A stretch of DNA of 64,000 nucleotides, from assembly GCA_030141605.1 (NCBI GenBank), contig JAQGDQ010000617.1, forward strand, positions 1 through 64,000, read 5' to 3'. The stretch comes from Tubiluchus corallicola (taxonomy: Eukaryota > Animalia > Priapulida). Under the pieces are notes generated by a model. That model was given only the letters and a program-made list of their open reading frames with translations. It searched no databases and was not told the DNA's origin. Below, one piece after another: positions 38,672-50,905 of this stretch (the stretch's first letter is position 1; each line of letters starts with the position of its first letter). Both the position numbers and the translations under genes were made by a program.

Positions 38672-39945
38672 AGATAAAATAGACTCATTTTGATTTTTTC
38701 TGGAATTTATTCCAAGAGTTACAAAAATCAAACATTGTCAGGAAAACATGTGGAAATTGTTGACTGCTATATTGCCTTATGTGACTTGCTCATCAACTTA
38801 TATATATATATATATATATATCTTGTATGTTTGATAAATAATTATTGATATTTGTTGTAAAACTTAATGGAAAACAAGACAATTTTTCATATATATTTCA
38901 TATAGTAGCGCCTAAGCATTTGAAGGACAAATACACATATTTTATAAGAAAAAAATTATGTTTATTATTTTACGGTTCTTATTACCTCTTTAACTAGACC
39001 AGGAATCTGAAGTTTCATACTTAAGCGATGCGATTATATACGTTAAGCCAGCACTGTTTTGCAAAAAATTGAGCATATACTAATCCCGACGCCATTTTGA
39101 CGCTGCGGTTTCTCTCTGGCACGACATTTGCTATTAAAATTTAATTGGTAATTACGCCAGCTGATAATTTAAAACAAAAACTTCCCACACTGCGTAATGT
39201 TCCTCGGTCAATCTTAATAGCATACGTTTATTCGTCAAAAAATACAAAACACGGCAATAGCTGGGCTCTGTAGCAACACTGGCATGTGTTGATGTGTTTA
39301 TATTTATCAAAGTAGCAGAGCCATTTCGTGATGAAAGGGTTGCACCGCCACGATTAAACACAGCGGCTGTCACATCTATAGAGCAAAGCCGAAGTCAAAG
39401 CGCATATGAAATATAACACCTTGATATTAATACTCTAGTTATTAAGCTAAACCTAGGCTAAAAGGTGCTTAGAGCAGCAAGAAAAAATAGAGTCATTTTG
39501 ATGTTTTCTGCAATTTATTCCAAAGTTGCAAAAACCAAACATTTTCAGGAAAATATTAGTTTCTGTAATATAATAATAATAATAATCTTTATTTAAAGTC
39601 GGCTTTTGGGTCAACAATTAACATTAGCTCAAAGAGCTGTTACCGCCGGCTGTAAATAATAACCTACAACTACATAACAGAGACTATTATTACCCCACTT
39701 TTACCCCTAAATACCACACGTCAGACAGGGTAACAGCAGGTACCATTTTTAAAGTTTTGTTATGACCCGGGCGCTGGTTCGAACTCACGGCCTCCCAGAC
39801 GGAAAACAGACGCATTACCACTAGACTAAACCGTCTGGTCATGCAGAAATTGTTGACTTATATATAGACCTTGTATATTTGATAAATAATTATTGGTATT
39901 TGTTGTAAAGCTTAATGGAAGACAAGACGATTTTTCATATACTTC
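38672..39945. repeat. Direct duplication (~38672-38895 vs ~39482-39945), second copy interrupted by a SINE
   Basis: The shared sequence aatagactcattttgat...caggaaaa|...gaaattgttgact...cttaatggaa is split at ~39560-39840 in copy 2. Confidence 0.8.
39566..39835 (-). mobile_element. tRNA-derived SINE (probably Meta-domain type) with (ATT)n tail
   Basis: Minus strand: A-box TAGTCTAGTGG, B-box GAGTTCGAACC, then GGTCATAACAAAACTTTAAAAATGGTACCTGCTG, ending AATAAAG(ATT)n. The Meta-domain label is from recollection. Confidence 0.8.
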
Positions 39946-39982
39946 ACATGCAGTTTAAGATCATGTCCGGGTTTTGCTTTAA
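39912..39982 (+). mobile_element. 70-bp minimal derivative of MITE family A
   Basis: The left terminus (ttaatggaagacaag...gatttttcatatac) is joined directly to the right terminus (cagtttaagat...ccgggttttgctttaa). Confidence 0.7.
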
Positions 39983-40434
39983 ATGCATTATTAGCACGAG
40001 GATTGTTGTTAATAAAGGCTTGCTTATTATTGATGATTTCGGGGATTTCAATCATAAGGAGATGTAATGTTATAATCACCATGACAACCGTATAAAGTCA
40101 GCAATTTTAGAATTTTATTTGAATATGCTCTATTTTACAGTGAATGGCATCTACACTTCAAAACGTTTAATAGATGTTAACGTTATAATATAGGGCGTGT
40201 AGTGTAGAATTCACTATCAAAAACCTTATATATACTCTATTATATAACTTGAATGTTAACCTAATATTTACTTGTTTGTATTCATATAAAGTAAATCTAT
40301 TTACGATTTTGCATTTAAGGTAAAAAATGTGGGTTCGTTTAAAATAAAAAAATAATTTAAAAAGGAGAAAAGAACGTTTGAAAGACCAGTGTAAATCAGT
40401 TGTTTAAAATTCAAAACTCAAAATTCAAAATTCA

Positions 40435-40525
40435 TATGTGTATGTGTGTGTGTGTGTGTGCGTGCGTGCGTGTGTGTGTGTGTGCGCGTGCGCGTGTGTG
40501 CGTGTGCGTGCGCACGCGTGTGTGT
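40435..40525. repeat. (TG)n/(CG)n mixed dinucleotide repeat
   Basis: Seen directly. Confidence 0.95.
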
Positions 40526-41568
40526 TTATGTATATAAAACGTGTCTAAACACGTTATTGGCAGGAATACAACACCTATACATATATATCTTACAATTTTA
40601 CTTGAATATATATATATATATATATATACGATATACGTTGTATACCTGCCAATAACGTGTTTAAACACGACACTTTGTTCGTGGGCCACATAACACTGAT
40701 TTAGTACAAAAACAAATTTTCATTTCTGATTCCTAATGCGTAATTTGTTGAGCACTTCCTTCTGCATAAGATATTTATATCAATTTACTGTGCTGGCAAG
40801 CTTTAAAAGGGGTGCAAGATCATATTCTCTCAAATTTCTATCTGTTCGTTTCTCTGCAGGTGCAAACCTGCTATGTAAATAAGATTTGATATGAAATCAT
40901 TTTAAAGCGATAAAAATCATTTTTGCTGAATTTAAAGCGATCAGAGATATTTAAAATTATGAATTAGTCATGTCACAACTTTTCCGCTTCTTTTACTGTT
41001 TACGAAATTACAAATTAACATTTAAATATAATATTAGAATATATAATTTAGTATCAGAAATAGTTATAGGTAAGATATGTGCAGTCTTAATAATACTTCT
41101 CTTTCACAGAGGCAACTTTGACATTTAACATGGTTTTAAGCAAAAGAGCAACTCCAAACATACAGTAAATGATTCACTAGAAAACGGGGCTTATTTTTGG
41201 GCTATAATTTTAAATTAAAGCTCATATCTCGAGAAAATGGACAAAAATTCAGCAACAATTAAACTAACTGGTATTCCAATTTTCAATGCGGACTTTATGC
41301 GCCTTGTATAAAAATAACACTGAATTTAACATAAGCATTGCAAAAGTTTGCACTTAAATTCGTGACTTTGCCGAGTTTGAACATACACATATTTCGATTT
41401 ATTTTACGTACAGTATCTTACTTAACTCTTTCCCCGCCTCATTCCATTCCACCGTGTTTTCGTTTGTGTGATAAACACACGTTTCTGTACATAAACGCTT
41501 CGTGGTCAATACGTTCTGCGTTTAAATCTAAATTAAATGCTCATTTTAATCTTTTTAATAGCATTCGA

Positions 41569-41680
41569 TTTTTGAATGTTGTTTACGAACTTACGCAAAT
41601 GTCCCCAATTTTTGAATGTTGTTTACGAACTTACGCAAATGTCCCCAATTTTTGAATACTGTTTACGAACTTACGCAAAT
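41569..41680. repeat. 40-bp tandem repeat x~2.8
   Basis: Unit tttttgaatgttgtttacgaacttacgcaaatgtccccaa. Confidence 0.92.
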
Positions 41681-42426
41681 AACAGCTGCTTGTCTAATTT
41701 ACGCATTAAATTGCATTATATTATGATAAATACGCATTATAGTTATTACTTATTATCACTGCGTGTAATATTGCTGGAATATAATTTTATATATTTTTAT
41801 TGAGACATATAAATGCCACATATTTTAACACATAGAGCAGAGGTCATAATTAAAGGTCAGACCCCACAGGGTTGACTATTTCAATTCAAGTCTTACTGTT
41901 GTTCGCTAGTAAATCATTAGTTCTTTCAATCATATTATCTACGCATTACAGGTGATTTAAATTCACCTGCGTTGTGATTTTAAACAGGTATGTGTGTTTT
42001 TAGATGCACTTTAGCTCTCTCCGTACCCGCCAGGCATCGTTTTCACCTACATAAATGTCTAAGACGCCACAGGAAGCAGGATAGTGTAGCAATTAATGGG
42101 CTCTAGCAATGTTTATAAATTTATACTTATGCAGGTGTTAATTATAGCCACAGGTAAGTTGTTAAATTTAAGAGCATAAAACTATTTTTATTTCATTCGT
42201 TCTTACCTTTTTATAACCTATGTTATTAGTTAGCTAAATTTCTGTTAGATATTCAGTATATTTGTTTACGAAATCAACTTCAAAAGTAGTAACAATAATT
42301 TCAACTTATAAAGATATCTACGTTTAATATAAACTACTAATATAAACGCAAGATATGTGACATTAATTATTTCTTATGTGTATTTCTATACATTAGAAAT
42401 CTACTGGTTTGCTACTAGATACGTAC

Positions 42427-42868
42427 CATTTCTGTTATGAACTTTTTTCATCCAGGGATAAATCTGTGGCGGATTGGATTGCGACGTCTTCGATGCTGAC
42501 TTCGACGTCTTCTCCGTGTCTGCTGTCGTCGCCGGCGTTGACGTGGTTGTTGACGATTTTGTCGTCGTGTCGACGAGCGTGTGTCTTTTCTCTGCATATT
42601 TACAACTGTTGTTGACGATGTTACTGGGCTGTGTCGATGCGGAATGCGTAAATTCCGAGCGGTTTATTTGACTCTGAAACGCCGAGTAGCCGGTGTGATC
42701 TAATGACGTGGTCCTTTCACGATAACTACCTATATGTGATGTGTAAATACCTGGGTTTGCGTATCCCAGCGCGCGTTCACTAAGACTATAGTAATCAGCC
42801 GATGGCATGGCGTCTTGCGATCTGCTTGGATAGCAGGCAGTCAAACTGTTGACAAAATAGGAACTCAT
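42427..42868 (-). CDS. Hox5: Hox5/Scr-class homeobox gene, coding exon 1 (N-terminal SSYF motif and YPWM hexapeptide)
   Basis: ATG at 42868 gives MSSYFVNSL (Hox5 N-terminal signature). The exon ends PPQIYPWMKKVHNRN-G|gtacgt, a phase-1 GT donor at 42426. Its length is 442 nt (147 codons + 1). Confidence 0.93.
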
Positions 42869-43080
42869 TCCGTGTGACACTGGTGATTTGTGCCCCTATA
42901 AAACTAATTCTTGTGTAATATTACGAGCAATTTCAATGAATTATGAGCCACTAAGCTATGGCCAACTGCTCTATAGCCCCTTAACAATTGATTATGCCTT
43001 TTAAGGCAGGGCGGTCGCCACGTGCATGTTAGCAGCCAATCAGAACGCGTCTTACATTTACCGGAAGGCATCGTGGAAGC
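42869..43080 (-). promoter_or_regulatory. Hox5 5' leader and proximal promoter (GC box, E-box, CCAAT box, ETS-like site)
   Basis: GGGCGG at 43009-43014, CACGTG at 43019-43024, AGCCAATCAG at 43034-43043 and ACCGGAAG at 43060-43067 are clustered in unique sequence 140-200 bp upstream of the ATG. Confidence 0.7.
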
Positions 43081-43303
43081 CGTAAGTTCTTTCAGGGTTT
43101 AATCAACGTTAGTTATAGTTGCCAGCGTTTAGTTTACGTTTCTTATCTGGGTCTTATATAAGCAGACTGTTTGACTAGGAGTATAGCAGCTTTTTGCCTT
43201 TTGCCGACGCAAATCTTCATAAGCTCTGTATAAACCTGCGCGAAGCGCTAAAACTTGAGTTTATGTTGAATTTGTGTTTATGCCAAGCGAATTGCTTGTT
43301 GCT

Positions 43304-43951
43304 TTAAAGCAAAACCGTACCAAATCTTAAACTGTAGGTCAAACCAACCAACCAAAAATATTTAAAATATTGAAAGGAAACATACTGTTTTTCAAAAATG
43401 ACTTACTTTATGAATAATGAAAGAGTTATTACCACACAAAGACAATTTCACGTTCGCGCCACTAGTTACATGTTTTTCGCCATTCGCTAGTAAGACCGGC
43501 TTTAGCGCCTGCAATTGCACAAAAACAGGAGCTGTGCTTTTCAGTTCAGATGTGTTACAAAAACAGGAGCTGTACCTTTCAGTTCAGATGTGTTACTTTG
43601 TTACGCACTACACAAGTTCGACAGCTTATGCGTGAGCACAACGGTAAATTTGAAATTTCAATTTTTATGTCAAAACTTGCCTAGTTTTAGTACAGCACAC
43701 TGACTATCTTACAGTAACACTGTACTTCAATTTTCTCTTTCACAAACACGTGCAACACGCTCGTGGAATATTTTTACTATTGAAAATTATGTTAGTTTGT
43801 GACGTCATCAATAACGGGGATCGCTCGCAATTGAGTTTTTAATCTATTATTCAACTATCAGAAATGCGTTTGCAGTATTAATTGTGTTAAAATGTATGTT
43901 TTATCGGACTCAATGGGGTAGTATATGAAAAATCATCCAGTCTTCCTTTAA
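43304..43951 (-). mobile_element. MITE family A copy immediately upstream of the Hox5 promoter
   Basis: ttaa-AGCAAAACCG ... CCAGTCTTCCT-ttaa. Confidence 0.85.
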
Positions 43952-46029
43952 AAACACGAATAAAAAACTTCAAAAACTGACAAAATTAAATACGAAATTT
44001 CAACATCTGTTTCAGCACAATTTTGTTTAAAGTTTCCTCATCATGTATTATATAACTGATGAACAATGTATAACAATGAACTGATGTAGCGTGAATTTGA
44101 CTGTTTTTTGAAAAAAGTGCATTGATAAAATTGCTCTATTTAGGATATTTAAAAATGATTTACAAAACTTACAGCATAGGAGATTAACCCATATGAATTT
44201 GACTTTTTAAAGATCTGATGTTGCTATAATTAATGCGTGATTGTTTATTTATTTATTTATAATGTAAATTGTTTAATTCGCTGTGTTTGGTAATTTGTTT
44301 TTTTGCATGTTGTGTTTTATGTTGTTGTATTGTAAAATTATGCAGTAATTTTAGCTACCATCAATTCAATAGAAATAGTGAAGGACAAGAACAATATTTA
44401 TTTACCTAAACCTAAAAAAAATCGTCCTGAAATTTTGTATCACTTGCGTGCTATCTTATTGCATACAGAGCTTGCACTAGCTGTAACGCTGATTAAAACT
44501 TGTAAATTTAAACGCCGGCGACGACCGTTAGATGCAGCGTAAGGTTTAAAAAATCATCAGGGCATTCGCAGCTCACTCTTAACTACCTAAAAAAAGTACA
44601 AATTACCTTATCTTGTCTATAAGATTAAATGTATATAATTAATTATATGTTTTTTGGTGTGTCAGTGGTGCACACTGGGAAGGTGACACAGTGACATTTT
44701 ACGAAATGGCACAAACATTTTAAATTTTTAAGAATTTTCTTTTCTAGTTACACATAGGGCTTTTAAGAAGCTATTTGTAACATTGTAAGAAAGGTTATTT
44801 TGGATATACTTTAAAGTTGCCTTTTCCTTTAAACGAGTTTGTTTTAACATGATCTGAGACAATGCACAGCAATACTTGTAAGGCTCTTACAGTCTTGCAT
44901 TATTTTCATCACTGAGCCTGCCAGATTTAACAAAAATTTACCTAATTGATTTGCATAATAAGTAGAAATAATTATAAATTTTGAATTTTTTCATTACATT
45001 ATGTAATAAATATCTGCTATAGTAGTACAGGTATAATGTTTATGAATAAAAATGTCAAAAAGCAAAAAAAAATCAAAGAAAGGACACCTAGTTTCGAACT
45101 GATGCTTTTCCGTTTTTTTTAATTTTAGGATTTTTTTATTCGTTATCACTGTTCTTGTCAATTTACTCATTTTGTTATAATTTTTACGAATTATTACGTC
45201 TAAATCTACAATTCAACATTATATACTTAACAGTAGAGCATGACTATATTAAAATCACAAATTTTATATAATTGTTATTACAACTGCTTAAGATTTTTGC
45301 ATATAATCGCATAAATCATTGTTATTTCTTTCAAAGAAAATTCAAATTATGATCAATAATTATGATAATTGTTATTACGCAGCAAATTAAAAATTAGAAT
45401 TACTTTAATTTTTTTTAATTTTCTCAGTCCAATTAAGCTCACTTGATATTACCATCATATTTTCGTTTTCCGTACTAATATCCTACAATCTTTTTTACCA
45501 CTTGTAACCTATCAGCCATACATATTTTATAATAACGATATAAATTATCCTCGCACAGTTGTCGGCTTGCTACAATGAATATCTGTGTAGCCTACATACG
45601 AAGTCGGTTATTTCAAAATCCCGCCTTCGCCATTAGATAAATTAAATCGATTTCCCTCGAGTGAATGTTACCTTGTGAAACAAACGTAAGTTTTTCTCAC
45701 GTTGGCAGTGCAATACATCACTCTGATGCCTACCGATGCAGTTCACTTCAGCCGAGTCACGTGACTCAAATAATCGTCTCCCAGTTGTGAACTACACACT
45801 GGCAAAAATGAATCAGTCAAGGTAGCAGTTTTTGTCTATGTTACTGTAATGTAACGTAAAATGTATTAATATAGCGCACTACACATTTTAAGATCTCGGT
45901 ACGTTGAACAATAAAATACCTTTAAAATTTATAAGATACATAAAATTTAAAAGATATTAAAAATTAAATTTTGAACAAAGTAATATTGCAAAATAAGAAA
46001 ATGAAGTACAATTTTTTTATGTCACAATT

Positions 46030-46650
46030 TAAAAATAACTGAAAGAATACTTCCTTGTGGAACAACGTAAAAATGACTGAAAGAACACTTCCTTGTAGAA
46101 CAACGTAAAATGACTGAAAGAACACTTCCTTGTGGAACTACCTAAAATAAGTGAAAGAACACTTCCTTGTGGAACTTCCTAAAATAAGTGAAAGAACACT
46201 TCCTTGTGGAACAACGTAAAAATGACTGAAAGAATGCTTCATTGTGGAACAACGTAAAAATGACTGAAAGAACACTTTCTTGTTGAACAACGTAAAATGA
46301 CTGAAAGAACGCTTCTTTGTGGAACAACGTAAAAATGACTGAAAGAACACTTCAACTTGTGGAACAACGTAAAATGACTGAAAGAATGCTTCATTGTGGA
46401 ACTACCTAAAATAAGCGAAAGAACACTTCAACTTGTAGAACAACGTAAAATGACTGAAAGAACACTTTCTTGTGGAACAACGTAAAAATAAGTGAAAGAA
46501 CGCTTCCTTGTAGAACAACGTAAAATGACTGAAAGAACACTTGCTTGTGGAACAACGTAAAAATGGCTGAAAGAACGCTTCCTTGTAGAACAACGTAAAA
46601 TGGCTGAAAGAAAACTTCTTTGTGGAACAACCTAAAAATAAGCGAAATAA
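46030..46650. repeat. ~37-40-bp minisatellite (aaaatgactgaaagaacacttccttgtggaacaacgta)
   Basis: About 16 tandem units. Confidence 0.93.
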
Positions 46651-46699
46651 CTGAACCATTAAATGGGAAAGAAAGACAATAGTAAAGATGACCGTAAAA

Positions 46700-48040
46700 A
46701 CCTTGCACAAAAAGTTACGTTACCTCGCATTGCGCTTACCTGGTTGAAAGATTTGTGTAGTCAGAAAGCAAAATTCTTAGTAATTTAAAATGTTTGCGCC
46801 ATTTGGTAAAACATCACTGACTCGCCTTCCCAGTGTGCACCAGACTTGTCAAAAATGCATTTTTAATTTTATTGATAAGACACAGTAATTTATTCTGTGG
46901 ATTCCGTAATTATTTTTCAAACTTTAGACAGTGTTATCTAAACTAGTTTCAAACGACCTACCGTCATACAGTCATGGCTGGAGTTTAAATTTTCATGCCT
47001 TATACAACGTTACTGTTAACGCAAGCCCCGTGCGCAGTAAGATGAAGATGATCGTCGTATGCTAGTGATAAAGAATTTCAAAATTGATTTTTAAGCTTTA
47101 TTTATGAGGTCGGTTATCTTGTGCTTTACATTGTTGTTTAGTATTGTTTACTTGATTGCATTAAAAGAGCAGAGATGAATTTAGTGCAATAAAAGGAAGG
47201 TATTTTGAGTAAATTAAAGTATCTAAACGCAGAGCTATTGGCATAGATTTCAGTTATTCAAAGGAGCTATGAATGGCTAATTAATTTTAAGTTGTTACGA
47301 ATCAAGATTATGACTTTAAAGGGCAAGAAAAAAGGGGTACTCGGAGTAGATTTTAGAAAAATCGCCTTAAAAATTACATTACTTTACAGCAATTTTAAGC
47401 ATATATCGTACTCGTGTTAAAAGGATTTTTTGTTTGTTTTCATTTTGAATCTGTTCCTTTAAAACTGTTCCTATGGCTGCATTAGACGTCACCTACACAA
47501 ACGTAAATCAAGGGAAGAAAAGGAAATGTTAAATTATGTCCCAAAAAAACTTTCCATGCAAAGTTATGTTACCTAGCATTTCGCCTACCCGATAGAAAGA
47601 TTTATGTAAGTAGAAATAATAATTTAAAATGTTCGTGCCAATTGGTTAAACTTCGTTGACTCACCTCCAGCGTGCACCAGTCAGTTAACTAGAAACGTAT
47701 TTTAAATCTTATTGACAAAATGAAATTATTTTTTGTTTGTTTTCATTTTAAGTTTCGCGCAACACTGCTCCGACGGCGCCATTACATGACGTCACCTACA
47801 CAAACGTAAATCAAGGGAAGAAAAAGCAATGTTAAACTATGCCCTAAAAACTTTCTATGCAAAATTGTGTTACTTTTCATTTCTTCTACCTGCTTGAAAG
47901 ATTTATATAACTAGAAAAGTGAATTATTAATTATTTAAAATGCTTTCACAAAATGGTAAAATATCGTTGACTCACCCTCCAGGGTGCACCAACCACTAAC
48001 CAGGAAACGTAATTTTAATCTTATTGACAAGACACAGTAA
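46700..48040 (+). mobile_element. Cluster of MITE family C copies and fragments
   Basis: Blocks match 12897-13567, for example gacgtcacctacacaaacgtaaatcaagggaagaaaa twice and a left terminus at 47316. Confidence 0.75.
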
Positions 48041-48599
48041 TAGCATAACATATGTGATTTAATATGTGTTTTACTTGTTGTCTCGAAAAGTATGTTTTTT
48101 ATGTCTTTTTGTATCATTTGAATTTGTATTATATAATTGTATGTATTGTTTGATGTTTGATATCGTTTGCAATACGTGAATTAATTTTATATTGAAATAT
48201 TTGTATTTGATGTCACTTGTATTGGTATTTTGTTTTTAACACTATTGCAAGTAGCAGCTTTTTAGTTGGTTATACGTAATTATTTTACTTGTATATACGA
48301 TACTTGTGTATGTATAACAATGACAGTTAAGAATTTTATATAGAGATAATATATTTATTCTTCTGTCACGTGACGTAAAAATGTTTTGTCCGCGATATTA
48401 GAAAGAAAAAAAACAAAACGGAAACGCTTCAAAAATTTCTACACTGATGTTACAGATGCTGATCTATGAACATCAAGAATTTTAGGTCATTCCGTTAGAT
48501 TTGCCAAAAGATACAGAAGTTTCAAAACAAAAAGTCAGAAAAATAAGTACTGAAAAAATTTTGTGTTGCTATTGCTAAAATTTACGTGTTCTCTGTAGG

Positions 48600-49497
48600 C
48601 AACTCGTTATACTCATTCCGAAATGTAACGTTTTACATATCGGAAATGCTAATCCGGGCCACGAATGTTATTTTTCTAACTCTCATATACCCGTCGAAAC
48701 AAGTGTGCGTGATCTTGGTTTGATAATTTCTCATGACCTGAAATGGACAAGCCAATGCATTGAGGTAGCTACTAAAGCCAATAGAATTGCAAATATGTTG
48801 TTTAAAATGTTTTCTACTGATGATAAAGACATATTGTTAAAATTGTTCATAGTTTACATAAGACCTATTGTAGAGTATTGTTCGCCAGTCTGGAATCCCA
48901 GCTTTATTGGGTAATGTTGATCGTATTGAAAGTGCACAGCGATACTTTATTCGACGCCTGTTTTATAGATGTAATTTAATGTATATTCCATATCATAAGC
49001 GTCTGGAGATTCTAAATCTAAAGTCTTTAGAAGAGATACGCCCTCAAAAAGATTTAGTTTTACGCTACAAAATTATTCATAGAGAAGTTGATGTTGACTT
49101 TGACAAATTTTTTACTCGAGTATCTCTTGCAATAGAACAAGACAAAATCATTCTCTGAAGTTTTTCATACGTCGAACAGCTGAAGTATCATTTAGTCATT
49201 TTTTCTCAAATCAAGTTGTACAGATTTGGAACTCATTGCCTGCATATGTTGATGATGCACCCCTCGTAACTGCACAAAATATTAAGTTATTTAAAAGCCG
49301 CTTATATAAAGTTAATTTGCATAAATTTCTTGTACACAATAGACACGTGTAAGCAGTTAATCTCCTTGTGTCCTTACCACACTCTTGTAAATATTGTATT
49401 TGTAAGTTTTTTGCCAACGTGTTATATATATATTGTTTTTATTCCAGACTGTATTTTACCATTGGGTGTGAATAAAATAAAAATAAATAAATAAATA
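48600..49497 (+). mobile_element. CR1-clade LINE 3' remnant
   Basis: Encodes RDLGLIISHDLKW...YIRPIVEYCSPVWNP...IESAQRYF, then FFSNQVVQIWNSLP, with an (AAAT)n tail. Frameshifted. Confidence 0.88.
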
Positions 49498-49924
49498 TAG
49501 GATATTTAATCCCAGCCCTCGAAAATTTTTCCCTTTAGTTCCCTTGTATCAAACGCCATTGCGCACTTTTTCCTTAAGGGAATTCCCAATTCCATAATCC
49601 AGGGGATTAAGTCACTGGATTAAAAACCACTAAAATTATAAACTTGTTACTTTCGCAGGCAATATTACTATAGTCTAAACTTTGGCACGTTTTTTTGCGC
49701 CACCCGATATTTTGTTTTTATTTTTTTATTTCTTAATCTTCAGAGTACAGCAGACAAGGAAGTTAAAAAGTGAAATGAAATAATAAAGGACGGCTACAAA
49801 AACAGCGCAAAGTGATGATAATAATATAAGTAGAAGATTACGGTAAAAAACACAAAGAACTAAAATAGCTGCTTACAAGTGTCTGCTAAAAAGTAAAAAT
49901 TTGCTAAAATCAACATGACATAGT

Positions 49925-50200
49925 AGGTTTTTAAATAATTTTCCGTTGCCACCATTTACAGTTATAACATCATTCACATGTGATGGTAGTTTATTCTATA
50001 AACTTACAACTCTGTTGCTGAAGAAATGTTTAAAGCTGTTAAGTGAGCTTTTTATCACTTATAATTTCCAATGGTGGCATCTTGTAATATTTGCAAGTGG
50101 TACAAAGTGAAGAAAAGATTCACTCGAGATTGACATGTCACCATGAATTACGCTATCGTACATTATAAATGTGTCTTAATTTTAGGAGTTCCAATTTGAG
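49925..50200 (-). mobile_element. CR1-clade LINE fragment
   Basis: The minus strand reads ...TRCHHWKL*...FKHFFSNRVVSL*NKLPSHV..., the CR1 C-terminal motif. Confidence 0.65.
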
Positions 50201-50204
50201 TATT

Positions 50205-50905
50205 GATATAACTTACCACAGAACTTTCGTGAAATTACATCAATTTCACACTTCAAACAAGAGCTCAAATCTCATTTAAGTTTTTCTTTGCGTAAGAAAC
50301 AGTTTACTTTTGGCAAAACTCCAATTTCAGTGCATCATACGCGCATGAGAATCGGATTTTCTCAGCTAGACTATGACCTTTGACCTTTTCTCTAAAGTCT
50401 GTAAAGATAATAACGCTCATCCAATATTGCCGAATTGTGGGAGTCTGTTGAACACTTTTTGTTACACTGCCCATTGTATCAACAAACTAGGGTTGTTGTG
50501 TTTGATAAGCTAAATGAAACACTTCTGCCCGAAAACCTTAATATAGCTGCCTTAGGAACTAATGATCTGTTGAAGTTATTATTCGGAAAAGATGAATTTA
50601 ACTATGTTGCTAACTATAAAATATTCCAATGTATACATGACTTTATATTATGTACTAAACGCTTCCAGTAGTTTCTATCTGATATGAAATGCATTAGTCT
50701 TAAATATTCGTACATTAATATTTTCTAACTGTCATTTTCTACTAATGTCTAATGTAATCTTGTAGTAAAACTTGTCAGCTTGTGTAGTTGTAGTCTATTC
50801 TTACTGTAAATATTTTTGTAAATAGTCTATAAAGTCTGTTGTGGTGAGGATCCTAAAGCATGCTGTTCAAACTGTCTGATCCAATCCTATAATAAATTAT
50901 GTTTA
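50205..50905 (+). mobile_element. CR1/L2-group LINE 3' remnant with a CCHC knuckle
   Basis: Encodes HHTRMRIGFSQLDYDL ... ESVEHFLLHCPLYQQTR ... FILCTKRF*, with AATAAA at ~50891. Confidence 0.75.

Noticed and set aside
42869-42880. ORF-track start at 42880 (MSHG extension)
   Set aside because: It is a GTG codon. The conserved MSSYF begins at the ATG at 42868.
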